Shown piece after piece: positions 53,412 to 64,000 of a stretch of DNA of 64,000 nt. The translations under genes and the position numbers were made by a program. The DNA comes from Octopus sinensis (Eukaryota). The notes under the pieces are model-generated. The model saw only the letters and a list, made by a program, of their open reading frames with translations, did not search any database and was not told where the DNA came from. The stretch is taken from NCBI RefSeq assembly GCF_006345805.1, contig NC_043003.1, forward strand, positions 64,170,001-64,234,000, in the 5' to 3' direction. The stretch's first letter is position 1. Each line of letters opens with the position of its first letter.

Positions 53412-55319
53412 ATATATATAAATTAATATATTCAAGATCATATGCACTTTTATCTAATTGTAAAAAAAAGTATGGAATTCTACCCTGTGAAGGTACACTG
53501 TTTAGCAATTAAGGTATTCAGCTTATGATCACAAGGTCATGAGTTTCGTTCTCAACAGCACACTGCGTTCTTGAGCAAGACACTTTATTTCATATTGCTC
53601 CATCCACTCAGCTGGCAAAAATGAGTTGTACATGTATTTCATAGGGTCGGCCTTGTATTCTGTGTCACGCTGTATCTCCCTGAGAACTACTTTAAGGGTA
53701 CACATGTCTGTGGAATACTCAGCCACTTGCATGTTAATTACATGAGCAAGCCGGATCAACTGGAGCTCTCTTTGTTGTAACTAACAGAGCGCCGGGCACT
53801 ACAGTAACTAATATCAGGGAATTATTGTGTATCCTTACAATTCTTTATATAACTTTCTGCTTTCCCTTTTAGAATGGAGAAGGATCAATGCCGAGACCTT
53901 TATTTTAAGGCACCACCAAACAAAAATTCAAAGACTAGTTCATTTGAAAATGAACACTCACTGAACAAAAGATTTCTGTTTTTATGAAAAATCTGTATGT
54001 TGCTTGGTCTGACATCAGAAAGAAAAGGCAACAGTAGACTTGTTTTGACAAAGAATGTCAATTTTGATGCTAAGATATTTCAAAGACAACTGTGTTTATA
54101 AAGAGAATCAATAAATATTTTCATACATTTATTTCTTTCTTATTTGTTTTTTTTTCTCAATTGTATTATTATTATTATTATCATTATTATTATTTTCATT
54201 ATTATTTATCTTTTTGCGTCTACATCAAATATTTCCATTATTTCCCAAATCAGTCAACCGAACAATAGATTTGAGAATCTGGTGAGACTAGAAAAAAACC
54301 TTTTTGGAAGAGTGAAAACAACATTAGTACAATTTACTGAAAATTTCTGACAGGGGTCAAAATGGCAATCCTTGTGCCATGGTTCCCTTCTCAGTGATTC
54401 AAACTCGTTTTTCCCATTCATATTACAAATCTAAATCAATAGAATTACTAGCTTCTATCAGATAACCCCTTCCTCCAAGGGATAAGTTACTTACTAATAA
54501 GCATTTGTGTAATCATGAGTGAATTTGGCAGACAGAAGCAGTTGCTTTCCAACCACATGGTTCCGGGTTCAGTCCCACAGTTTGGTACTGTGGGCAAGTG
54601 CTTGCGAGTGGATTTGGTTAACAAAAACTGAAAGAAGCCATTCATACACACTCACACACATAATTTATTATTAAAGCTGCAAAATCATCACAAAAATATC
54701 ACAATAATAAAGTATATTACTCTATCTCCTGTACTCGAGTACTATTTTTTCGCACTTTGTTTCACATTTAGGTGCTTACTTAGGTGTATATGTATATATA
54801 TATATATATATACACACAGATAAATCAATAGATAGATAGATAGATAGACAGATAGACAGATAGACAGGTAGATATAGATATATATAACTATATCAGCATC
54901 ATTTAATGTCCATTTTCCATGCTTGCATGGGTTGAACAGTTTGATTGAGGTCTGATAAGCCAGCAGCTGCACCAGGATCCAGTCTGATCTGGCAATGTGT
55001 CTACAGCTGGATGCCCTTCCTAATGCCAACAGCTCCAAGAGTGTAGTGGGTGCTTTTTACATGCCACCGGCATGTATATATATATATAGAAAATATAGAC
55101 TTATATAGAAGTATAGACATCTATACTTCTGCCTTTCGGTTGTAAATTGCAAATAAGCCACCTTTATTGTTTATAATTTTCACTTTTATCAACTATAATA
55201 TAGCAACAATTTACCCATCACACCATGTATGTATGTGTGTGTATACACACACACATATATATGTTTCTATACATATATATTTATTTGGTTGTAAACATGT
55301 GTGTGTGTGTGTGTCCTTG

Positions 55320-55550
55320 TCATGACATTGTGTGATAATTATAAATATGTGTCACTGTCATATAAGCAGTGTCATTCATTTCCAATATTCTGCAAGAATA
55401 TGCCTGGCCCTGAGAAAATATTACCTTGCTTAGAAACAGATGAGAGTTGGCAACAGGAAGGGCATCCAATTTTAAGTGATCTACTTCAAATAAACTCTCT
55501 CCGACCAATGCAAGCTTGGAAAAGTGGACATTAAAAGATGATGATGATGG
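55320..55550 (+). mobile_element. RTE-tailed short repeat (family G)
   Basis: CATTTCCA...AATATTACCTTGCTT.GAAACAG..GAG.GTTGGC.ACAGGAAGGGCATC...GGAAAAGTGGACATTAAA.GATGATG. Copies at about 11600-11830, 17090-17340, 30700-30890, 32260-32480. Confidence 0.7.
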
Positions 55551-56894
55551 TGTGTGTGTGTATGTATTTGTGTAGACTTGGAATGTCGAAGACTCTTCCA
55601 TTTACCCAGAATATCAAACCAATACACCTGTTGGTCGTTACCTCACCTGTCTGTCTTTTGCTTTCTATACATTTGAACACACACACACACCCATATATAT
55701 GCACACATACAAACACACACTCACAATGATATTTACTCTTGCATAATGCAAAAGATTTAATGAAAAACACCAGGTGAAAATTAGTAGGTTCCATTAAACT
55801 AAGTGTAAAAGAGAGATAAGCAGGTAAAAAAATTTTACACATAAAAAGTGGTAGTTGCATTATTTTTGAGAAGGCATTGTATTCGAGTAGATATGAGAAA
55901 TGTGTCTGTGCATGCGTGTGTGTGTGTGTGTGCATATGTCATCATCACCATCATCATCATCATCATATCCAGTTTTCATTGTTCAATATGTTACAAATTC
56001 CAGCTGCATGGAAATAAAGCAGATGAATAAATGTGTTGAATAATTCGACAAGCAGAACAATATGTGGAGTAAAAGAGATAGAATTAATAATAATAATAAT
56101 AATAAAAAGAATTAATGGGAAAAATGTGAAAAAAAATTGTTAATTAGATATGTGAAAAACTTATAAAATAAACTATGAAATGAGTGAAGTAACATCAGGA
56201 GACCACCAATCCAGTATCTTTCTCATTGACAAAGGAAATTCCAGAGAACAAGCAATGCTGAAGTGAAGAAATTCACACATGGAATGTAACTGTAGATAGC
56301 CCAAACATTTGTAGCGGAAAAACCTGGAAATTTGGGAGAGGGAGGAACTTATCTGGTGGGGAAGGGGTAAGCTGTCTTGTTAGTCATACATTTGTATAGT
56401 TTTTAGCATAACAATGTTAACCTGATATCTAAAGGTTTCCACATCATTGGTGAGGGAAGAAAATGCAGATAGATTTCTGCTTAACCTGTTCCAAATATTT
56501 TATTTCTGTGTTGCCATTGTTAATTGAGTTTCATGCTTTACCGATGCTACTCCATCAAATGTCATAATACACCTTTTGTAACAACAATTCAGAGAGACCC
56601 TCTATATGGTCTGTAGAAATAGCAGTGAAATTACCCTCAAAACGTACTTTGTCATTTTTGTAAATAGAATTGTAAGCTTTCACCATATATTGCCTATAGA
56701 AAATAGTCTAATATTAGGACATATATCAAAGCGGCAAGCTGACAGAATTGTTAGCATACCGGGCGAAGCAGTTAGTGGCATTTTGCCCATCTTTATGAGT
56801 CCACTTTAATGACTGAAGCAAGGAAAAAATATAAGCATACAATTCTATCCTCACTGTGAATAGTAAAGCACAGGTGTGGCTGTGTGGTAAGAAG

Positions 56895-57306
56895 GTGGTG
56901 AGCTGGCAGAAACATTAGCATGCCAAGCGAAATGCTTAGCAGTATTTCATCTGCCGTTACGTTCTGAGTTCAAATTCCGCCGAGGTCGACTTTGCCTTTC
57001 ATCCTTTTGGGGTCGATTAAATAAGTACCAGTTATGCACTGGGGTCAATATAATCGACTTAATCCGTTTGTCTGTCCTTGTTTATCCTCTCTGTGTTTAG
57101 CCCCTTGTGGGTAGTAAAGAAATAGGTATTTCATCTGTCTTTATGCTCTGAGTTCAAATTCTATCGAAGTCGACTTTGCCTTTCATCCTTTCAGGGTAAA
57201 TAAATTAAGCACCAGTTACACACTGGGGTCGATGTAATTGACTTAATCCCTTTGTCTGTCCTTGTTTGTCCCCTCTGTGTTTAGCCCCTTGTGGGCAATA
57301 AAGAAA
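56895..57306 (+). mobile_element. Dimeric SINE family B inserted into a family A SINE with a 7-bp TSD
   Basis: TSD TAAGAAG at 56888-56894 and 57307-57313 interrupts the family A head GTGTGGTAAGAAGCTTGCTTCC. Confidence 0.85.
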
Positions 57307-58198
57307 TAAGAAGCTTGCTTCCAAACCACATAGTTCCGGCTTCCATCCCACTACATGGTACCTTGAGCAAGTGTCTTCTACTGTAGCCTCAGGCCAACAA
57401 AAGTCTTCTGAGTGGATTTAGTAGACGGAAACTGAAAGAAGCTCGTCATATATATATAAATCCACACACAAGGCTTTGGTCAGCCTGAGGCTATAGTAGA
57501 AAAGATTTGCTCAAGGTGCCATGAAGTAGGATTGAACCCAGAACCATGTGGTTCGGAAGCGAGCGTCTTACCACACAGCCACACCTGTGCCTATGATAGG
57601 ATAAACCCTTTCTTAATTAGCATAAAATTTTAGGGATATTTGAATATAGAGTATCAATTACAGTTTTCACTGTGGAACTGGTCTGAAAAACAGAATGGCA
57701 GTCAAAATATTCATCTTTTACAGAAAGATACAGTTTAGTGATGATACCTTGTTTCGACATGCTTTGACATTTCTACTCAAAACAAATGTATTTTGACTGA
57801 GCGAAAATGAACTTTTGAAACTAAACAAAGAAGAAAAAAAACATCGCTAATTGAATGAGGTATGAATAGAGTAGTCTGATAAATTCGTTCGGTTTTCGTT
57901 TCTGGTTTTTGTTTTCTCACTGTGATTTTAATTCTTTCAAATGGTTATTTAAATTAGTACGAAAAATATTTTTACCGTAGTGTTTTATGAGGGTTTGTTC
58001 TTCTACAACTTTTGTTCATCATTTTTTAAATTTGCATAAAATCTATCTCTTTTCAGGAAGATGATGATGATGATAATGATGGCAGCAGTGGTAGTGGTAG
58101 AGTTACAAATAAGCGGGGAAAAAAAAAAGAGCGAATTTATCTGACAACCCAATACTTGTAATAGAACGTAGAACATTGAATAAAATTTGGCTAATGTT

Positions 58199-58806
58199 TA
58201 AAATGCGCGCAAATCAACGGTGGGGGGACCTCGGAAAATTCACAAGATCCGAGTTTTTCCCTCATAACTTTTAGGAAAATGGAGTTTTTTCAATGGAATT
58301 TTATAGAAATACCTTTCAAGCAGCATACATTACGATTATAAAGAAATTTGTGAGGAAAATTGTTTCCAAAGGGGTGGGAAGAGGACTTCAGAAAATTCCC
58401 AAGATCCGAGTTTTTCCCTTGTAACTGTTAGGAAAATGTGTTGTTTTTTTTCAAATTGAAATTTTGTTTAAATACCTTTCAAACGGCATACATTACGATT
58501 ATAAAGTAATTTGTGGGGAAAATCTTGAGGTGGGGAGAGGACTTTCGGAAAATTCCCAAGATCCGAATTTTTCCTCTTTATATTCCGAAATCACATTCAA
58601 CTTTCTATAGATACCCTAGCGTAGGACTACTACACTACGTAGCCTTTTTTTTCTACCCACTTTCAATAATTCTTAATGTTTTGGCTTCAATTTTGTTTCA
58701 TTTTATCTTCAATTATTTTTACGTTTTTTTAACCCTTCCGTCGTTATTCTCATTCACTCGTTACTACTTTTTCTCTCTCTATCTATATATAGAGATAGAT
58801 ACATAT

Positions 58807-58845
<39 letters not shown>

Positions 58846-59072
58846 TATATACATACATATATATACACATATATATACACACATATGCACACACACACAA
58901 TTTTTACAATATTTTCTCCACAAATTTCTTTATAATCGTAATATAAGCGTTTGAAAGGTATTTCTATAAAATTTTCTTTGAAAACCTCCCATTTTCCTAA
59001 AAGTTATGAGGGAAAAACTCGGATCTTGTGAATTTTCCGAGGTTCTCTCCCATTGCTTTGCGCGCACTTTTA
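58199..59072. mobile_element. Foldback-like element with modular inverted termini built from a 157-bp subunit
   Basis: Left arm: ~2.2 tandem 157-bp units (GAAAATTC.CAAGATCCGAG at 58234, 58391, 58548). Right arm: one inverted unit (58905-59072) ending TTTGCGCGCACTTTTA, mirroring TAAAATGCGCGCAAA. Confidence 0.75.
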
Positions 59073-60674
59073 TTTTTTCATATTCGTCTCCTACACATTT
59101 TTTTTACACCCGTTGTACTTTTTTTTCTTCTGATTTTAGATTCCGGGTCAAGTTGTAAACATTAACCTCAAATTTTTACTGAAAAGAAAAAAAAAAGGAA
59201 AAGAAAATATTTTGAACTCTTCAAACGATTACTTCGTTATAAATACCTTTTAAGCCATTTCATTTCTAACGGAGATGTGTCAATATTCATTTGTATCACA
59301 TGAAAATATTCCAATTTTGACCATCCACTATTGTTATTTCAAATATTCTTCTAACATCAAAAGTCTTTCGATGACAAACACTTGTTTCACTCACTCGATC
59401 TACAGTTCTTTCTTCTCTGATCTGAACATTGATTTCACAAGCATGATTTCTGAAAATGTCTCGCATACAGTTCTTCTATTACTTAACTAATGGAAATATA
59501 AGTCGTGATTCAGTAACCTTTTGATTAACCTAACACCGTGAAAGCATATAGCTATGTGGTAGAGTGTTCGGCTCAAGACCATTCAATTCCTGGACGGTGT
59601 AGATCGATGTATTCTCGAGCGTAGCACTTTTTTTTCTTCATGTCGCTCCAGTTTACTCAGCTATAATGAATATCGATCTTTTACTGATACAATCCCCCTT
59701 CTCTTAACCATTTGCCTGTTCTGTGTATTGCAAATGATACACAGGACATATTTCCCATGCATCATGTATGATACATATTTCAATTTTTTTTTTCGACCAA
59801 TAATTAACTTGAAACTTATGAAAGAGAAGCATTATATTATTCAGAACCTACGAAAACAAGGGCTAACTAAAAATCTAAAAACAAGTATGGACCTGCAGCG
59901 AAGCCTAAAATCGAAACTTAACAGATTTAGTAACTAAGATCAAACCACACTTAGATCAGGTGACGCGCCCTTAATATCAACCAATATATGAAGAAATGTT
60001 ATCCCCTATTATAGAATGTTCTATTATGTTCCAGAGGTCCCCTCATAAAAAGGGAATAGTATAAGCAACAACGCGGGCAAGTACTTCCATAGAGGTAACT
60101 GAGGATATTATACACGTTTGTGCGCCGCTACAGACAATAATAAATCTTTAAAAATGCAAAGTTCTTTGATTGCAGCTCATCCCTACGTTAAAAGATTTTC
60201 GACAATGCAGAACAGAGTATTTTCCGCCTCTCACGCGAAGCCGCTGTTTTCTATCATTAATGTAACTATGAACTACATTTGCTTCCAGCATACCGCAAAG
60301 AAATTATGTTAAGCGTACATATTGTGATATAGTCCTGTAAAAAGAAATGTTATTTAAACACCGTTGGATTGTTTTTATTATGGAAACAGCACGCAGCCGA
60401 ATATCATACCACCATATCAACAATACTTTTCTCCATTGACGTTCTGGTCAAACTTATGAGAATGCTTTGGACAGGCAAAGGGTTTGGCTGTCATATCTTG
60501 GATGTCGCATTGGGTCAAGTGTGAAGGGCTGGGAAGGTGTGTATCAGCTCACGACAAAAATCTAGCGAACGCATGGTACATGACAAGTTATTCAGGTCAG
60601 ATCTTCCCATTAGTCCGGGATGATTTGCAAAAGGGTAATGGGCGGGATCTTCTTCCAAAACTAATAAAACAAAA

Positions 60675-61089
60675 GGATATTTTCGGTTTGAACGGCAGTT
60701 TTTTTCTAGCGGTGTCATATGAAATTGTCACTCATAATTATGATCCTAGTATCGATCTATTGCATTTCAATCTATTTTAGGATTAGGGTTAGGGGTGGGG
60801 GAAGGGTATCTTTTTTTCTTCAGAAATGTAAATAAACCCAATCTGTTTCTTAAACAAGGGACATTTTCATGCGGCACAGAATGTTTTCACCTCAACAGAC
60901 GTCATTGATTGGTTGAAATTGCAGAAACTGAAGAAAAATCAACAAATGTCTTATAAACTATAGAATTTTCTCAATAAAGCCAAGAGAAAAAGATATTTTA
61001 TAAACACATTCTACCAGTATACGAAGTTTAAAAGTGTTTAGTTACGTGGAAATTATTTTTAAAAACTGCCGTTCAAACTGAAAAGATCC
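60675..61089. mobile_element. MITE with 29-bp TIRs and a perfect 8-bp TSD (Merlin-like)
   Basis: GGATATTTTCGGTTTGAACGGCAGTTTTT ... AAAAACTGCCGTTCAAACTGAAAAGATCC; TSD AAACAAAA at 60667-60674 and 61090-61097. The superfamily call rests only on GG termini and TSD length. Confidence 0.75.
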
Positions 61090-61671
61090 AAACAAAAAAC
61101 TATATTGAATAGATTATTGAAATAAAGAAAGTTTCAAAAATTCAAAGCAGCTGCTTTTTCTCAAACTTTGCCTTTTGTTAAATCAGTTGCTGCGAAATAG
61201 GAAGGAAATTATTAAAGTACATAAAAAGTTAATCATGATGCGAGTGTTGTACTGTTCTTGTAAGTTCTACCGCATTGGTAGCAGAACAAATACAAGTTTC
61301 TAAATATCAGTGTTTGTATATCAATCATTTGCAGATCGCGTTTGTCTGAGTTTGATCAAAATTTAATGGAAAAAAACTCTGAAGAGGTGAAAAGGGACAT
61401 GGCTCGGTGAAAAATTCTTGCTTGCAAACGTCCTCATTTTCCCCACTGATACATTTGCAAAGGAACTAATTTTTTATTGCTACGTATATATATTTTATAC
61501 AAACTGCCGATATGTAACCACCAACATGATGTTAGACGTTGTGAATAATACATGCAAAGAGAATTTTAATGCAATTCTACATTTTTTTCTTTCTTTTCTT
61601 TTTGTTCTAACGATAAACTATGCTGAAAGATCTGGTTACTGCAGAAAAAAACGATAACTGAACATATAGTA

Positions 61672-61944
61672 TTAGATAATAATAATAATGATAATAATAA
61701 TGATAATAATAATAATAAAGATAATAATAATGATAATAATAATAATGATAATAACAATAATGATAATAATAATAATGATAATGATAATAATAATAATGAT
61801 AATAACAATAATGATAATAATAATGATAATAATAATGATAATAATAATAATGATAATAATAATAATAATAATGATAATAATAATAATGATAATAATGATA
61901 ATGATAATAATGATAATGATAATAATGATAATAATAATAATAAT
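61672..61944. repeat. Long (AAT)/(GAT) microsatellite
   Basis: Direct reading. Confidence 0.95.
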
Positions 61945-62034
61945 CGTGCAATGTGAATGCAAGAACATAAGCATGGAGTTAGTTTAGAAAAGTATGGATA
62001 TAAATAAATAAATAAAAATTTGCAAGTTTCATCG

Positions 62035-62865
62035 AACGACAGACGAACGTCGTCACGCGAGAAAACCCAAATATTTCGATCACTGTTCTTTTGTATCCTA
62101 ACCATGTAACGATCGACAGATTCCCATTATTTCACTTTGTTTTATCTAGACACTAACTCGTAATATAATAAGTGCGCTCTAGAACTATAGAAAATTAAGT
62201 GAAACACTGCTCATCCATTGAAAGAAGTATCGTAATATAAATATACATTACAAAGACGAATGGCGTCTAGCGAGAAAAGGTGAATGTTTCAATCACTATG
62301 AAACTCGTAATATAATAATTGCTTTCTAGAGCTACAGAAAATTAAGTAAAACACTGATCATCAATATATGTGCTGTTTAAGTTCGTAGAAAGAAGTATCG
62401 TAATATAAACATAATTTATATTTATTATAGAGACGAATGGCGTCTCATGAGAAAGGGCGAACGTTTCGATCATTATGCTATACCCAAACTACGTAACAAT
62501 CGACTATTTAACTTGCGTTTTATCAAGACACTAATTCATAATGCAATAATTATGCTCTAGAGATACAGAAAATTAAGTGAAACTCAGATTATCAATAACA
62601 CTGCTTAAGTTCGTGAAAAGAATTACGGCAATATTAACTTAATATATAACAGAGACGAATGGCGTCTCACGAGAAAAGACCTACATTTCGATCACTATTC
62701 TGTACCCCAAATCATGTAACCGTCGGTAAATTTCTTATTATTATACTTGTGTTTTATGGAGACACTAACTCCTAATAGAGTAATTGCGATCTAGAGCAAC
62801 AGAAAACTAAGTCAAAAGCTCTGATCATCTATAATACTGCTTAAGATTGCAGAAAGAAGTATCAT
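62035..62865. repeat. Diverged tandem array of four ~180-220-bp units
   Basis: GACGAA.G.CGTC anchors at 62042, 62255, 62432 and 62654; shared blocks TTTC.ATCA.T, GACACTAA.TC.TAAT, TCTAGA...A.AGAAAA.TAAGT and GAAAGAAGTATC. Confidence 0.8.
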
Positions 62866-63074
62866 GGCTGACTGAACACAAAATATATTACAGATTAAAG
62901 ATATTCGTAGAGTAAATTTAACTCTAGTTTTTTTTGCTGGTTTATCACTTTCCTACAAGGCAAAATTTGCGTTTCCGCACAACATAACCCGTAGTTTGAA
63001 GTAGCGTATTTGACAATAATCCGTTTACTCACTTCTCAGTCATATATGTTTTTGGCCTTGACAGCATTATAAAT

Positions 63075-63405
63075 CCTATGCCCAGTGGTTACGGCAGTGG
63101 ACTCGCGGTCGTAGGATCGCGGTTTCGATTTTTATACCGGGCATTGTGAATGTTTATTGAGCGAAAACACTTAAAGTTCCACGAAGCTCCGGCAGTGGGT
63201 GGTGGTGAGCCCTGCTGTACTCTTTCTTCCTGTTTCTGTTGTACCTGTATTTCAAAGGGCCAACCTTGTCACACTCTGTGTCACGCTGAGAACCACGTTA
63301 AGGTTACACGGGTCTGTGGAGTGCTCAGTCGCTTGCACGTTAATTTCACGAGCTGGCTGTTCCGTTGATTGGATCGACTGGAACCCTCGTCGTCGTAACC
63401 GTCTG
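63075..63405 (+). mobile_element. tRNA-headed SINE, family E (related copies 53490-53790 +, 44830-45195 -)
   Basis: Box A/B-like head; shared block TCTGTGTCACGCTG...TTAAGG.TACAC..GTCTGTGGA.T.CTCAG.C.CTTGCA.GTTAATT.CA.GAGC. Confidence 0.7.
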
Positions 63406-63489
63406 AAAAAGGTTGCAGCAAAAAAATCCCAAATTTTAGCTAGGAAAAAAGGCACATTTTATTTAAATGCTATAAACAATACGCGCAAG

Positions 63490-63812
63490 AGTGACTGCAT
63501 GGTAAGACGCTTGCTTCCCAACCACATGGTTCCCGGTTCAGTTCCACTGCGTGACACCTTGAGCAAGTGTCTTCTTCTATAGCCTCAGACCAACCAAAGC
63601 TTTGTAAGTGGATTTGGTAGAAGGAAACTGAAAGAAGCCTGTCGTATGTGTGTGTGTGTGCTTGTCCCACCCCATCACCCCTTGACAACCGGTGTTGGTG
63701 TGTTTACGTTTCCGTAACTTAGCGGTTTGGCAAAAGAGAATGATAGAATAAGTACTAGGCTTAAAAAGTAAGTCGTGCTCCACCATGACCGCAGTTAAAT
63801 GACTAAAATAAA
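63490..63812 (+). mobile_element. SINE family A; another copy starts at about 63905 and runs off the window
   Basis: Colinear with 44301-44730. Confidence 0.85.
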
Positions 63813-64000
63813 TAAAATAGTTAATGTAATAGAAATATTTTAATCAGTTATTGACAGACATAACTAAAAAAATTTTAATTTGTTCATTATAATGACTTTG
63901 AAAGAGGCGTAGGAGTGGCTGTATGGTAAGTAGCTTGCTTACGAACCACATTGTTCCGGGTTCAGTCCCACTGCGTGGCACCTAGAGAAAGTGTCTTCCA

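Noticed and set aside
60783-60794. TTAGGGTTAGGG as an interstitial telomere
   Set aside because: Only two units, inside the Merlin-like MITE.
61566-62105. Long poly-I/L/Y/H ORFs (also 21891-22323, 25933-26439, 9822-10148)
   Set aside because: These are translations of trinucleotide microsatellites.
62455-62480. Minus-strand GATCGAAACGTT resembling a hammerhead 3' half in the 220-bp array
   Set aside because: There is no CUGANGA or stem II upstream in any unit.

Overview
AT-rich, microsatellite- and repeat-dense animal genomic DNA. The SINE families look like those of Octopus (recognised from memory, not searched). Almost all ORFs in the supplied track are low-complexity or repeat artefacts. 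One host gene is supported: the last two coding exons of a + strand four-jointed/FJX1-like Golgi kinase (11871-12035 and 31020-31437), joined across an 18,984-bp GT-AG intron that splits the Arg codon of the D-R motif. Its upstream exons were not found in the window. The rest is a mosaic of tRNA-derived SINEs, RTE, R4/Dong-like and CR1/Jockey-like LINE remnants, and DNA-transposon derivatives (hAT, Tc1/mariner including a DD37D maT, a Merlin-like MITE, foldback and palindromic MITEs). The most unusual signal is a three-unit tandem array inside the kinase intron (about 18215-19110) in which each unit carries a minimal type I hammerhead-ribozyme-like motif in the sense orientation; a related motif at 4712-4747 shows a compensatory stem I change. 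Also notable are an unexplained diverged ~220-bp tandem array with a conserved hairpin (62035-62865) and a sharp rise in CpG content from about 57.8 kb. No prokaryotic features (CRISPR, operons, rRNA) are supported. Repeat boundaries are read by eye and are approximate unless termini are stated.
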